Below, piece after piece: positions 1-16,541 of a stretch of DNA of 64,000 nucleotides; the stretch's first letter is position 1, and the number at the start of each line of letters is the position of its first letter. The notes beneath the pieces were generated by a model. It had not been told where the DNA came from and did no database searches. It saw only the letters and a program-made list of their open reading frames with translations. The translations under genes were made by a program, and so were the position numbers. Source of the DNA: Amoebidium appalachense (Eukaryota > Protista > Ichthyosporea); NCBI GenBank assembly GCA_963693365.1, contig CAVNZM010000008.1:2108001-2172000 (forward strand). The letters are read 5' to 3'.

Positions 1-2065
1 ATGTCGAGGAGGGTCCGGTTCAGTCGTTCGGCAGTCCCATTCTGTTGAGGAGAGCCGGTGGTAGTGATCTGATGGCGAATGCCATGCTCACGGTTGTAGT
101 CCCCGAAGGCCGTGCCCATGTACTCGCCCCCCCGTCGGACTGAAACACCTGCATGGGAACACCGTGTTGGGTAACCGCCGCCTTGTGGTACGTCACATAT
201 GCAGCCAGTGTGTCCGACTTCTTGACGAGGGGCACGGCCGTGGTGTGGCCGGTGAATTCGTCGTGGAACGTCGCCAAGTACTGAGCACCACCGATCGCGG
301 GAGGGAAGGGGCCGCTGATGTCGCTGTGAACCTTGGCTAGGACCCGGGGAGCTTGGCTAGTTGATTCGGAGAAGGCAACACGGTGGGCTTTGCCGAGGGC
401 ACAGGGCTCACACACACCCGGAGACTTGGCACCGCCACCCACCAACAGGCCTGCAGACTTGATGACCGAGCGTACAGCGTCAATGCCAGCATGGCCCAGA
501 CGGTAGTGCCACGTGTTGAGGTCGGCAGTAACCTTGAGGATACGCGGAGCAGTGGTGGTTTGGGCGTCCGGGGTTGTGTCCGCGCGCAGAAGAGACACCG
601 CCATGTGGTACAGCTTGGTGCCGACAGCCGAGCCGGTGGCCAGAATTTGATCGCCGTAGCACAACTTAACGCCGCCGCGGGTGTCAAAGCGGGGTAAAAC
701 ACCGTTGGTAGTTGCCGTGAACACACTGATGAGAGTGTCGGGGATGGAGGGCACGTAGAGTACATCCGTCAGCTGATGCACCGCAGTAACGCCGTCGATG
801 GTGCTGGAAAAGAACACGTCGCCCACCCCAAGCACTGCACATGCACCCTTGTCGGCTACTTGGACCGTGGAGTAAGGCGCCGCACGCATGTTGATGAACA
901 CATCGGGCCGGGGGCACACATGGTCAGTGGCTCCAGAGTCGAGGAGCACCTTGTTGGTGCCACAGTCGTTGCTAGACATGAGGAAAGCCCGGGGAGCGGC
1001 AGCCCCCCCCTTGCACTGTGCCATAGTGTGGGTAGTAGAGGCAGGGTGGTTGATGCAGGACCCAGGCGGGAGGGGACCACCCTTAGGTTTGCGGCCGTTG
1101 GCACGGTTGCCCCCCTTGCACATGGCGGTAGTGTGACTGGTAGACAGTGGGTGGTTGACGCAGGAACCCTTGGGGTAGGTGCTGGCACGGTTGTTGCCAG
1201 AGTTGCTGTGTTGGCCGTTGCCGTTGGGGCACTGAGACTTGATGTGGCCTGGTTTGCCGCAGCCGTGGCAGATGACAGGTTGAGGAGCCCGTGTGGTGAA
1301 GGCGGCCGGCCCGGAGCTGGTAGTCACACGTGCACGTGGGTGGCTGGTCTCATATGCCCGTAGCTGTTGGAGGAGGCCCATCACGGTAGGCTTGGGTGTC
1401 ATCTTGTAGGCAATTACAGGCATTTCGTAGTAAGGCACCTTGCCGAGGTCGTTGGTGAGCTTGGTCAGCACTTGAGCATCACCAATTTGTGTGCCGTAAT
1501 CGGCCAGGCGCCGCACGTAGCCGCGGAGTTTCATGGCGTATTTCGTCGCGGTGTCCGTAGGTTCAGGCGTAGAATTCATGTACAGCCCGATAAGGTCGTA
1601 CTGATTGGCCTCAGATTGCTCCAGGTAGTGGGCAGATAGGGCCGACCATATCTCCGCAGGTGTGGTGGTGCGTGTTAACCCTAGGATACAACGCACGTCA
1701 ATCGAGAGTGCTTGCCACAGGTAGGAACGGGCAGTGTCGACCTGTTCACGGGTAGCCGGGTGCTCCGTACTGGGCGCGATGGTGTGGAGAAGACCAGCAC
1801 CAGAAAGCTGGACATACATGGTTTCGGCCCATGTGTGGTAGTCCGTGCCTGAATCATTATCAATGCCAGTGAAGAGAGGGATGTCGACCTTGAACTTGAT
1901 GGAATCATTACGTGAGGGGCCCATAACCCTGTTGGACATTGTGTTCATAGAAGCTAGTTCTAGTGCACGTTGTTCCTTCTGTAAGTCAGAAATGATTGCA
2001 TCTTGTGAGGCCAACCTCTGCTCCAGTAGTTGGACTAGTTGCTGCAACTGTAAGTTGTCAGACAT
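1..2065 (-). CDS. Copia Gag-Pol polyprotein, partial (Gag, CCHC knuckle, aspartic protease, GAG-pre-integrase, integrase core)
   Basis: Motifs CHGCGKPGHIKSQC, LLDSGATDHVC, WHYRLGH...CEPC, VHSDISGP, FHDEFT. Adding one G to the G7 run at 127-133 gives FQSDGGGEYMGTAF...GIRHQITTTGSPQQNGTAERLNRTLLD, which continues past position 1. Confidence 0.92.
1917..1928 (-). promoter_or_regulatory. Primer-binding site of the copia half-tRNA(iMet) type
   Basis: GGTTATGGGCCC directly after the LTR terminus ...CCAACA-G. Confidence 0.8.
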
Positions 2066-2694
2066 AGTGTCGTGTATGATGGGTAACTAGTCTATGTGTT
2101 TTGTGCACTGGAAACGACAGTAGAAAAGTGTAAATCAAACGTTCTGCTTCCCATGTTTGTGACATGGGAGGCACTGCTTTATATAGTCGTTGGCCACCTC
2201 ATGGTGGCCTCGTGTGCACCCTGGTGGTGGGCCATGTACAGCATGGCCGAAAAGAGAGCACAATGAAAACAAGTCGTTAAAGATATAAAAGTTAACTGTG
2301 CACGTTGAGTGGCTAGTTAACTTGCACTAAAGCACACAAATAAACGTGTTTAACACACCAATTGCAGTTAAACGTAAATCTTGCTTCACACAACTAAAAA
2401 TATTCTGAGAATATCCGGGAATAAAGCACACTACCACTCTAAGAATAGAATCCTGTGGCAAATATAGACATGACATCATCTGAACCGGGAATATTAATTA
2501 ATGAGCACAATTAGCACGTTGCTAGTGAAGCTCGTCATTGGTACAGTTTTGGCTCAAACATATAACTACCATATATGAATATGACCGTAAACAAAAGCTC
2601 TATGCACTCGAGTGAGTGTTGAAACAGTTATTCAATTGCTCAGAAACTTTCTCTAACAGACATTGCTAGCCGGGAGTACCAGTGTACTCCAACA
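1930..2694 (-). repeat. 5' LTR of the copia element (765 bp)
   Basis: TGTTGGA...TCCAACA termini; TATATAAA at about 2178-2185 (minus strand); PBS 1 nt downstream. The second LTR lies outside the window, so the boundaries are inferred. Confidence 0.75.
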
Positions 2695-2831
2695 GGGGGG
2701 GGGGGAGGGGAGGGGGGAAGGGGGGAAGGGGGGAGGGGGGGGGGGGGGGGCGGCTGTTTTTCCCGTAACTTCTGATTAAAGGGGGAAAGGGGTGAGAGTG
2801 TGCGTGCGTGCGTGTGTGGGTGTGTGGGTGT

Positions 2832-2926
<95 letters not shown>

Positions 2927-3867
2927 TTTTTGGGGGGGGGGGGGAGGGGGGGGGAGGGGGGATAAAACACGTTTGTTAAGTATCACATTTAGGTTGCCGC
3001 AATTAATATTCCTAGTACTGAGTTTGCACGACGGTGTTGCAGTGTACAATTGAAGGGCTGCATGTTCTGTGTGCATGCGTCTGCTAGCAGCCTGCGGATA
3101 GGGTTATTTAGGCTTAGGTAAAATGGGAAGGTGATCTAGTACGTACAGAAAAGCAATGTTGAGCGAGCTCAGATCCAGTATGGAAAACTGTATCATGCAA
3201 TGGGTTACATTTCGTACAGCTCTAGCTACTATGTTCTCTATTACAGACCTACCAACTTTGTTTACTTAGACCGTGATGATGATAGTGTATTCTGCACCAA
3301 CACCTCCGTCTACTGTTCATCTACATGTAAACTATGTCTTGGTGACAAGGTGTATCTACCCAATATCTGCTTTCCTCTTGTGATGTGATTTGCTTGGCCA
3401 GCATCATGCATAGGCAACATGTGTGTGTGTGTGCTGCAGGCCATGCCGGTTCCTTTGATTTTTTGCAACAGATTCGAGTCGTGTTTTATTGTGTGTAATT
3501 GGTGTCTACGTATTCCTGGTGGACGCAGCTGGTGAACGCCTGCAAGATTGTGTAGTGACCCGTATTTTGTTCAAGGTTGCCGGGATCATCAGTTAAGTAT
3601 TTGATTGTCGAGTGTTTGGTCAGCAGAATCGCACTTTAGCAGGCTATGCACGAGTACATATGTATATAGAAGCTGTGGCACCAACTTCTTGGCACCTCCC
3701 TTCATATAGTTCATGATGATTTTATTACCATTTCTTGAGCGGCGTCATATCCATATTTAACTTTCTCAACAATCATGTACACCTCGATCCCTTTTCACAG
3801 TTTACACCGGTCATTCATTCACGCACACCTGCTACAACCTAACACTACTAGCAATACTGGTCTATAC

Positions 3868-4773
3868 TTATGTAGTAGGGAAAGCAGGGCTTGGCATGGA
3901 GCCCATCTTCGTGCAAACCTCCGGGCAGCTGCGGCCCACACAGCCAAACACCTCCTCGGTCACCCGCCCTTTGCCACATGCCGTCTCATAGACGACACTG
4001 AAGTGCCGCCGGCAGCTGACTGTGGCCGCATCAATGAGAACCTCGAGGGACGTCTCTAGCCATTGGCTACGTGTCACGCACTGCTCCACCGGGCTGCCGT
4101 TCTCAGGGTATGACGTCAGACACATGATGACCTTAAAGTCGGCGTCAGACTGCACGTTGTCGGGGAGGCTGGCCCACGAGAAGGTGATTGGGTAGGCGGC
4201 CATGTCGAGCCGTTCGTCCCAGTCACTCCCTGACACACTCCACACGTCACCGGGTGCCCTGCACTGTGTGCCGAGGGCTGCAAGCTCCCAGGCCTGGGCT
4301 TTCTCCTCCTTGCAGTCTGCAAACACGAGCTCACTTGCGGCCAGCACACACTTGGGCTGGCTCTGAAGCCGCAGCTGGCCGTTGGGGAAGGGAATGGCAA
4401 ACTTTTTGACGTCATCTGACCATGTGTCATATGTGCAGTCGATGAGGTAGGGCCTGGCACTGTCCATGCCGTCAAAGGTGTCCATTATGAGGCAGCGGCC
4501 GTCCTTTGTCTGCAGGTAGGCCCCGTGGACGTACGCCTGCAGCACACTCTCACTGTCGCACGACCCAAGCACGGGCCATGCTGTGCCATCGCTGACAAAA
4601 CACTGGGCCGTGGCTTTGGACTTGAGCAGCCACGGGCCGGTTTTTTCTGCGGGGGCTGGGGCTGTGGAGGGGTTGCTTGTGGGCTCTGCTGCAGCTGGGG
4701 TGGTGGCCGGGAGAGCCGTGGACGTGGCAATGACAGCAGCGAAAGAAGCAACTTGAAAAACGGTGGTAAACAT
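3868..4773 (-). CDS. Secreted protein with a ricin-B (beta-trefoil) lectin-like domain and a Cys-rich C-terminal domain; intronless, 301 aa
   Basis: Signal peptide MFTTVFQVASFAAVIATSTA, a P/T/A linker, three ricin-like subrepeats (KSKATAQCF..GSC; LQTKDGRCL..IDC; GQLRLQSQPKCV..ADC..AQAW) and GC3-rich codons. Confidence 0.7.
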   Translation of the reverse strand: MFTTVFQVASFAAVIATSTALPATTPAAAEPTSNPSTAPAPAEKTGPWLLKSKATAQCFVSDGTAWPVLGSCDSESVLQAYVHGAYLQTKDGRCLIMDTFDGMDSARPYLIDCTYDTWSDDVKKFAIPFPNGQLRLQSQPKCVLAASELVFADCKEEKAQAWELAALGTQCRAPGDVWSVSGSDWDERLDMAAYPITFSWASLPDNVQSDADFKVIMCLTSYPENGSPVEQCVTRSQWLETSLEVLIDAATVSCRRHFSVVYETACGKGRVTEEVFGCVGRSCPEVCTKMGSMPSPAFPTT

Positions 4774-5568
4774 TTTTGTGGATGTTTCAAAAGGACTGAA
4801 TGAAGAAAGGTATTGGATTTGTTGGGTTATATGGTTGATGGACTGATATTGGAATGGTCAGTTTGATTATGGTGTTGATGATTGTTTTTTGAGTTTGTCG
4901 CTCTTTGCGTGGGTGTGCTGACACCAACACGTACAAACTTGCAATGCAAGCAAGTCTGACCGCATTGACCAGCTGTCGGGAGAATATGTAGCTGCGATGT
5001 TTTAAACAGGAATGCGGCTTTTGCATAACCTGGTGAATTTTTATTGGGCGAATCCTTATCAGGTTGAGCTGTATTGTTCTATTGGGACAACATGACGGAA
5101 ACGTAAAATGCACCCAAACGTGTCATTCATCTGATTGGCCGTAATACAAACACGATGGTGATTCGTCGATATGAACGGTCTATATGATTGGTAGCCCGGG
5201 GCTCTCAGTTTAATTTGCAAAACTTTCGAATGAGAAATCCGAATACGTTAGTGAATAGTGATCAGTGTAACATGGAATGCAAATAGACTTCTGGATTCTT
5301 GAACATATGTGACTGCAAAATAGTTTTATCTGATGTTTATCTAATACATAATTGGCCCTTCAGCTAGGCGCGTGTTGTGGTCATCCAGGGTGACAGCCAA
5401 TCACAATGAGTACCGGGCAAGCAAGCAGCTATATAATGCAGCTCGCCAGTCACAGTTCAACATTCATCAGCTTTGCATCTCAACGTTCCTTCTGTTCCTT
5501 TGTATAGGCTCGTCCTTAGAACCCAACGAAGAAACGATCCTACAGTGTACACGCAACCAATAGCCAAA

Positions 5569-6330
5569 ATGAATATCGCTACCACCATCGCCCTTTTCGC
5601 CTGTGTTTTTGTGGCAGATTCAGCCTCCACCACACGCCGCAGCGCAGGGCTTCACTCCGGCGCCACATGGGCCAACCTGGCGTGGGGCAACATCGACTCT
5701 ACCTCCGACGCACACGGCAAAGACGCCGTCATGATTGACCTCGACAAAAGCAACGGCAACCCCGGCTCATTCTCGGGCTCTACTGTCGTGTGCTACATGA
5801 GCGCCGGCACCGCCGAGAACTGGCGGTCGGACGCATCTGCCCTCAAGCCGTACATCAGCGAGAAGTCCAAGTACTCGGGCGAGTCGTGGCTCGACATCAC
5901 CCGCTGGCGCGACTTTGCACCCATCATGGAGAAGAGAATGGACAGGATGCGGTCTGAAGGGTGTGCTGGTGTGGAGGCCGACAACATGGACTGTTTCCTC
6001 AACAACTGCATGGACAGACCGCAGTCTGAGCTCAAGCAGGACGAGATCGAGTATGCGCGCTGGCTGGCCCAGACGGCCCACAGTAAGGGCATGCTCATTG
6101 GGCTCAAGAACGCGCTGGAGATCATGAAGAGTCTGGAGGGCAGCTTTGACTTTGCCATCAACGAGAGCTGCACGCGCTTTGGCGAGTGCGACTACTACAA
6201 CTCGTTCAAGGCCCACGGCAAGGCCGTGTTTGGCGTCGAGTACTCGGCCGGGTCCAGTGCGTGCAGTCAGGCGGCCAAGTACGGCATCAGCATGAAGTAC
6301 AACGCTGGCAGCGGCTTCAACGATTGCTAA
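5569..6330 (+). CDS. Secreted glycoside hydrolase family 114 (endo-alpha-1,4-polygalactosaminidase-like); intronless, 253 aa
   Basis: ATG at 5569 opens a signal peptide. GH114 motifs: VVCYMSAGTAENWRSD, GESWLDI, GCAGVEADNMD, AHSKGMLIGLKN, FDFAINESC..FGEC, KAVFGVEY. Confidence 0.9.
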   Translation: MNIATTIALFACVFVADSASTTRRSAGLHSGATWANLAWGNIDSTSDAHGKDAVMIDLDKSNGNPGSFSGSTVVCYMSAGTAENWRSDASALKPYISEKSKYSGESWLDITRWRDFAPIMEKRMDRMRSEGCAGVEADNMDCFLNNCMDRPQSELKQDEIEYARWLAQTAHSKGMLIGLKNALEIMKSLEGSFDFAINESCTRFGECDYYNSFKAHGKAVFGVEYSAGSSACSQAAKYGISMKYNAGSGFNDC

Positions 6331-6734
6331 ACATTTTAACATCATTGAAACACTTGCAGCAGACATACATAGGACTAAACGGATTTTGAATTATATAACG
6401 TAAAGATAACAGCTGCATTAGTTGCGCTGTGTACATAATATCCGACCTGCCAAAGTTTCGGCCTAAGCCTTTCGGTAACCCTCACGGAAAAGAAGCAATC
6501 CCAGCTGAACGGTTTGGTGAAGCGCTGGTCGCCGCCAACGTTAACTGACACATTAAAATAATTCTATGCTAACTCAAGAACTCAAGCAATAAAGGCATTC
6601 CCTCTTGCAATGAAAGTCGTCTCACCGCGTGTACATACACACAGCCAGAGCAGTGTGCATGCATGTATGCACCGTGTTACTAGACAATGCTCTCTTACAC
6701 AACAACTACACAAGCACACATCATCGTCACCGAA

Positions 6735-7071
6735 TACACACACACACACGTGTGTGTACAGAAAAAAAAAATCACACACACACACACACAAACACACGTG
6801 CGCGTAGGTGCGCACACTGCCACGCGCGCACCCGTTCATCCAGTGTTAAACACACATGCAGCTACATGCACGCACGCATACACACATATACACACCAAAG
6901 CCAAGTGGAAGACGGAAGAGGGTGAAACGTAGTTTCCGGGAAAAAGAAAAAAAACACACATGCACATTAACACATCCACTCGTGTGCACCCGTGCACACA
7001 CATCCACACATGCGCACACACGTGCACATTTGCACACACACGTGCACTTGCATACACACGCACGCATGCAA

Positions 7072-7133
<62 letters not shown>

Positions 7134-7257
7134 GCCTGCACACACAAACACACAAACACACACACAAACACATATTCGCATGCACACGCACGCACACACA
7201 CACACAAAGACAAAAACACAGACACCCACACACACAGGTGTGTGTGTACACACAAAC

Positions 7258-7342
<85 letters not shown>

Positions 7343-7501
7343 GCACATACACACGGGCACACGCAAGCGGACAGACACAGACACAAACACAAACACAACA
7401 CAAAACACATACAAAAGAAAAGAGAAACACACAAACTTTGGCTGCGAACGAAAAGCACACTCCCGAGCGCGCAAAGTCTGACACACACACCCAAAAAAAA
7501 A

Positions 7502-7535
<34 letters not shown>
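6735..7535. repeat. Compound (CA)n/(CACG)n microsatellite ending in a poly-G run
   Basis: Directly visible. Confidence 0.95.
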
Positions 7536-7537
<2 letters not shown>

Positions 7538-7817
7538 GACTGCGGAACACGGTACGAAGTACGCCTACACGACGAGAAGCATGGTTCAGGACACATACGA
7601 AGGCAAACATTCAAGTATGCAACATCAGCCATGTGCAGAGTATGCGTCATAAGCAGAGCCCATCCTCAGGGAGGACCCAAGTCATCAATTGCGTCTGATT
7701 TTCGACCCCTTAGCCCGCGTATATACGACGCTCCAACTCAGACAGCAGCATCAACTGAACGTGGGCGGGTCAACCCGTCTTGATCAAAGACGAGCAGGGT
7801 TGCTTATGCAAGCAAGG
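7536..7817 (-). repeat. Dispersed structured repeat, copy A (homologous to 56478-56726)
   Basis: The reverse complement aligns with 56478-56726: CCTTGCyTGCATAAGCAACCCTGCTCGTCTyTGATCAAGACGGGT, GGTCGAAA, CCCTGAGGATGGGCTCTGCTTAT, GTACTTCGTAC, CGCAkTCAA. Confidence 0.85.
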
Positions 7818-8749
7818 TGAGCAAACCGGTGAAGATGTGTGTGCAAACTAATGCAGTGCAGCGGAAAATGCGTATGTGCTTACAGATGCACGACACAGAG
7901 CAACCATGCCCGGTTGCATGGAAGTAAAGCGGTCTCCACACAAAAGGGGAGGGCGCGGGGTTAGAGTGTGCTTAGAGTACAAAATGCTACATTCACGCAA
8001 AATAACATTGTAGAATTGGGGGATGAGTGAGTGAGTGTGTATGTATGTGTGTGTGGACAGGACTGTGATTGAGTTGGCGCCGGTAGATGCATGGTGACAG
8101 CGGGACCTGTGTGTGTGTATGTCTTGGGAGTTGGGGGGGGGGGGGGGGGGGGTTGGCAATTCCTTTACTGATATCGAAGATCTGAATCTGCGGCACTGTA
8201 TATGTATTGATGGAATAATAGTTTAATATGGCCACAATGAACAGACCGTTACGTCACACATGATGCACATACTTTTCATTAACAAGTTGTAGATTTTCGT
8301 TTGAGTACATAAGATATGCACACGTTCCGAGGTTTATACGAGACTTTTAAGAATTAGTCGGTTACATCCTATGCTGTTTCACAATTAGTGCTTTGCCTGT
8401 CTAAGTAGACGAAGTACATTTACAAAAAAAAACAGGCATCTGGGTCCGAGACAAATTATCAAACTGGAGGAGTGATGCTCTCATAAAAAGCGCACTAAAT
8501 AAACCTTAAGTAATGCATGTTCACTACAATTCGGTTCCGATGTGATTGGATCTGTGCAATTTCGTTCGCTTTCAACCAAACTACTCTCATTTTCACTATT
8601 CATTTCATACCCTGCAGCCTGATTACCTTCATACAGTCTCTTCAAAGCATTCATTCGTTTGAACATGACATTCCCTCCTTCCATCCACCTGTCTCTTCCA
8701 CCTCCCCCACGAGGGGGCGTCCTCCTTCCATCCTCTCCATATGAATGGC

Positions 8750-12585
<3,836 letters not shown>

Positions 12586-13826
12586 TTTGAGGTAGGGACA
12601 CACTGCAAATTTGTTTTTAAAAAAAAATTTGGAAAGTAAAGAGTGAAAGGTGACCTTCGCTCTAGGTTTGGCTGTTTCTCGTCGATCAAAAAACCAAAAA
12701 CGAGAGCAGGAGAAATGGAAACAAAAAAGTGCACCCTCGAAGAGCCTCCCAAAGGGACTGCTTTGCTAGCACCCGCAGTCCAAAAGGGGCTCGCTTTTAG
12801 AATCTAGGAAATACTGAAACTTTATTTTTTTCTTGTTGCTTTGCATGTGCCAATGTGCAGTTCGAGGTTGTGTGTCTGCTTTTATCTGACAAGGAAGGAT
12901 GACGTGGCAACTTGCCAAAATCATGAGCGTGATCCAGGGATGACGATTACGTAATATTACCGTGTAGCCCGTGAGTCATGATATGAAACAATTTAACAGG
13001 TGTTGAACCAATTGTACATGCTATCTAAGCCAAATGCTCTTTAAAGTTTAAGCCTGACGGCGGGTTGGCAACTTGGGTACTTGCCGGCTGAGCCGGCCAA
13101 GATTGCTCCAGCCTCCAGCTATGTACGTCACCCTCAGTCCGACTGTCCGAGTGCCTGGCCGGGACTCGGGACTCAAACATGTCAAAGCTCGGAGGGAAAA
13201 TGAGAAAGTGTATTAGCATGCCATGTCAAATAGTAGAGACGTGCCTGCAGCTGGGTGGAGTTTTCGCTATAGCTACAACCACATAACAGCGCTCACGGTT
13301 GGCACACGTACACCCTGCAGAAGCCAGATCACCCAGCGCCACCCCTATATGCCTACCCGAATGTTGCTGAAAGGGAATCGAAGCGACATAGAAGGAAGGA
13401 AATGACGGCGAAGCGAAAGCCTTCCCAGAGAAACCAGAAACTTCATTTCTGCTGTATTCATATGTGCGTGCAAGCCTGTACAGGAACACGTGCAATCTGT
13501 AAACATGCTTGTAAATAGTCCAGGGGGCGTGACATTTTGATAGGCGGTGTGACAGGAAAGCTTTCAAAGCACACAAATCTACCCCGAAGGAAAAGCCTTT
13601 GGACTTAACCACGGAAAAGGGTACTACTCCGACTCCCCCCCTCCCCCCCCCCCCCCCTCCCCCCCACCACCACCACACACACACACACACACCGAGACCC
13701 CCCCCTCCCCCCCTCCCCGCCCCCACCCCAACCCCACCCCCTCACCTCCCCTCGCGGTCACCTTGCTATCCCCCGCCCCCCCCCCCCCACACACACACAC
13801 ACACCCCACCCCACCCCCACCTACCC

Positions 13827-13878
<52 letters not shown>

Positions 13879-14435
13879 AAAAAAAGAACCTGGCGTCCAC
13901 CACCATCACCGGTACCCACACACACACGCACAACAAGTCACACACACAAACACACACGTGCACACGCACACGCACACGCACACACACGCACTCACACCAC
14001 ACATACACACACACACCGCGACACACACACATACACACACACATGCCACGTGGACACACACACATGTACAGACATACACACATACGCACACACGCACACC
14101 CACACCCACATACACTCGGACGAGCGCATTGCCAAGCACGCACGTCCCGTGACGCATACCCTACTCATGTGTGCTAAACACACACATACACACACACACA
14201 CACACACACAGACACACACACAGACACAGACACACACACACACACACAGTGTACACACAGTATACACACACTGCGCTGCACGCGTGTGCATGCAAGCAGT
14301 GTTACACTACGTAACACACACATGTACACGTGCGTGGCCCGTGCAGGACCAGAGCACACAAGCTGAATTTTCGTTGGGTGTTGCTTTGAAATACCCCCCT
14401 CCCCCCCCCCCCCCCCCCCCCCCCCTCTAGCTTTC

Positions 14436-14548
<113 letters not shown>

Positions 14549-14892
14549 CCCCCCCCCCCCCCCCCCCCCCGCCCTTCCCCTCTTTCTCCGCTCACTCTAA
14601 GTTGGTCTCAGCTCCCCCCCCCCCCCCCCCTTTCTCCCCTTCCCCCCCCCTCCCCCCCCCCCCCGTCTCTTCCCCTTCCTCTCTCCCTCCATCTCTCACT
14701 ATCTTTTACTCCCTCTCTCTCACTTACTCCGAGCTGCATTCCCTTCCCCTCCCCCCTCCCCCCTCCCCTTACCCCATAACCCCTTCTCCAGCAACCCCCC
14801 AATTCTCTCTATAGCTGAATACTGTAGGGACTGTTTTCGAATCATGAGATATTACCGATTCCTAGGTGTGTTCGTATTCCTGCCCCCCCCCC

Positions 14893-14931
<39 letters not shown>

Positions 14932-16541
14932 CCCCGCCCGCCCGCCCCCGCCCGTCCCCTATTCAACGTCAAAACCAACTTTTTGCCTGGTACCTCTGCG
15001 CGATCCCTCCTGTCAATCTTTTGTCATTTCATGTCAAAAGTCCTACGTATATATACCCCCCCCCCCCCCCCCCCCCCCCCCTCCCCATTCCAACCCCCCC
15101 CCCCCCCCCCCCCCCCACAAGCTTCTCCACACAAACCCTTCTTTTTTAACATAATTCATCTGGAGGGAATGACAACTCAGAATGTTAGCCAAATAAAAAG
15201 GGACCCTCATATGTACTTTATACCGGATTTGATATTCGTCCGCAAAAATACTCCTGTTCAGAACTGGAAGTGCTGTTTTCGATCATAGAGCCCCCCCCCC
15301 CCCCCCCCCCCCCCCTCCTTCCCTTCTTCTCCTTTGTGTTTACAAAAAACCCCACCCGTCCCCCTCCGGTGCATTTCTCCCCCAGCCCACGGGCCCAACT
15401 CACACATTCATTGACTGGCATGCACGTGTAAGGCTTATTGCAGTCTTTCTCTACGGCACTGTTGAAGCATCTTTCTTGATCAACTCTTCCCCTGGCGTCA
15501 GCCCCCTCCCCCCCCCCCCCCCCCAAAAAAAAAAAAAAGAAAAAAGAAAAGAAAAGAGAAAAGAAAAAAAAACTTTTTGAAAGCTCTCAACCTAAATTCC
15601 GCATCTCTATCCCCTTCCTTCTCCCCAAGCCTACGGGAGGATTCTGATTGGGAAGCGGAGGGGGAAGGGAACGATGCAAGAGGGGGGAAGGGGGGGGGGG
15701 GGGGGGGGAGGGTGGAAGGGGAGAGGGATCGAATATACCACAGTTCGCCTGAGGTGTGCGTGTACAGTTGTATACATATGTCCGGCAAGATAGCGTGTGT
15801 ATGTCTGTTTGTGCGTTGGGCAGGTGGATGTGGGAAGTGTTTAAAATATGTGTGGGTGGGTGAGTTTAGGGGCGGGAGGAGGAGGGTTTGGGGGGGGGGG
15901 GGGGGGGGAGACTGCTTGAGGAGGGTGGTGAAAGAGAGCCACATAGCAGTTAGAGAATTTGTATGAACTCTGAAACAAGGGGGCGTTGTTCTAAATTTTT
16001 AAATAACTTGATTCATTGGCAATCATTCAATGCCAATATGTGCTGGTTTGCTGGTATATTCCAGCCCACGACAATACAATCGCCCCAATTAACTAATTCC
16101 TACATACTGATAGTGTCAGACTTGTGTTTTCGTATCAAATACATAAGCATGAAAATGCTATGTAGAGGAGGCCCAGTGACAAATAAAGAACAGTTAAATA
16201 CTCTAAATGATAGTGGTACATAGTTTTAGATCAAAACGTAAGAACAACACATAAGTGGTGCTAAATATGTCGCAACGGCCACTACACTTGAAATAAGTCA
16301 GTACTAACCATTTTTGAAAACTTAATTATACTTAGGATTGCCTAACATTTGGTACTAAGTATAATGCTATTTCCCCTTCACACGATATCAGATTCTAAGA
16401 AAGACTCCCAAATCCAAAGACATACAGGACTACAAACAGTAATTGCCACACACACCTCCCTCGGTCTTTCATTAGTTAAACATTAAACTAATGCAGAAGT
16501 AACACGAAATATATCCAAAGAAAAACACCTACAAGCCATGT

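Larger units (their letters stand above)
1..2694 (-). mobile_element. Ty1/copia LTR retrotransposon, 5' half (runs off the left window edge)
   Basis: Gag-protease-integrase domain order is typical of copia. The 5' LTR is bounded by perfect 7-bp inverted termini TGTTGGA (2694) and TCCAACA (1930), followed by the PBS GGTTATGGGCCC. Confidence 0.93.

Noticed and set aside
5473-5568. N-terminal extension of the GH114 ORF
   Set aside because: It begins at TTG; the ATG at 5569 directly opens the signal peptide.
5767-6366. Antisense ORFs over the GH114, lectin, Kazal and copia genes
   Set aside because: Shadow frames caused by high GC3.
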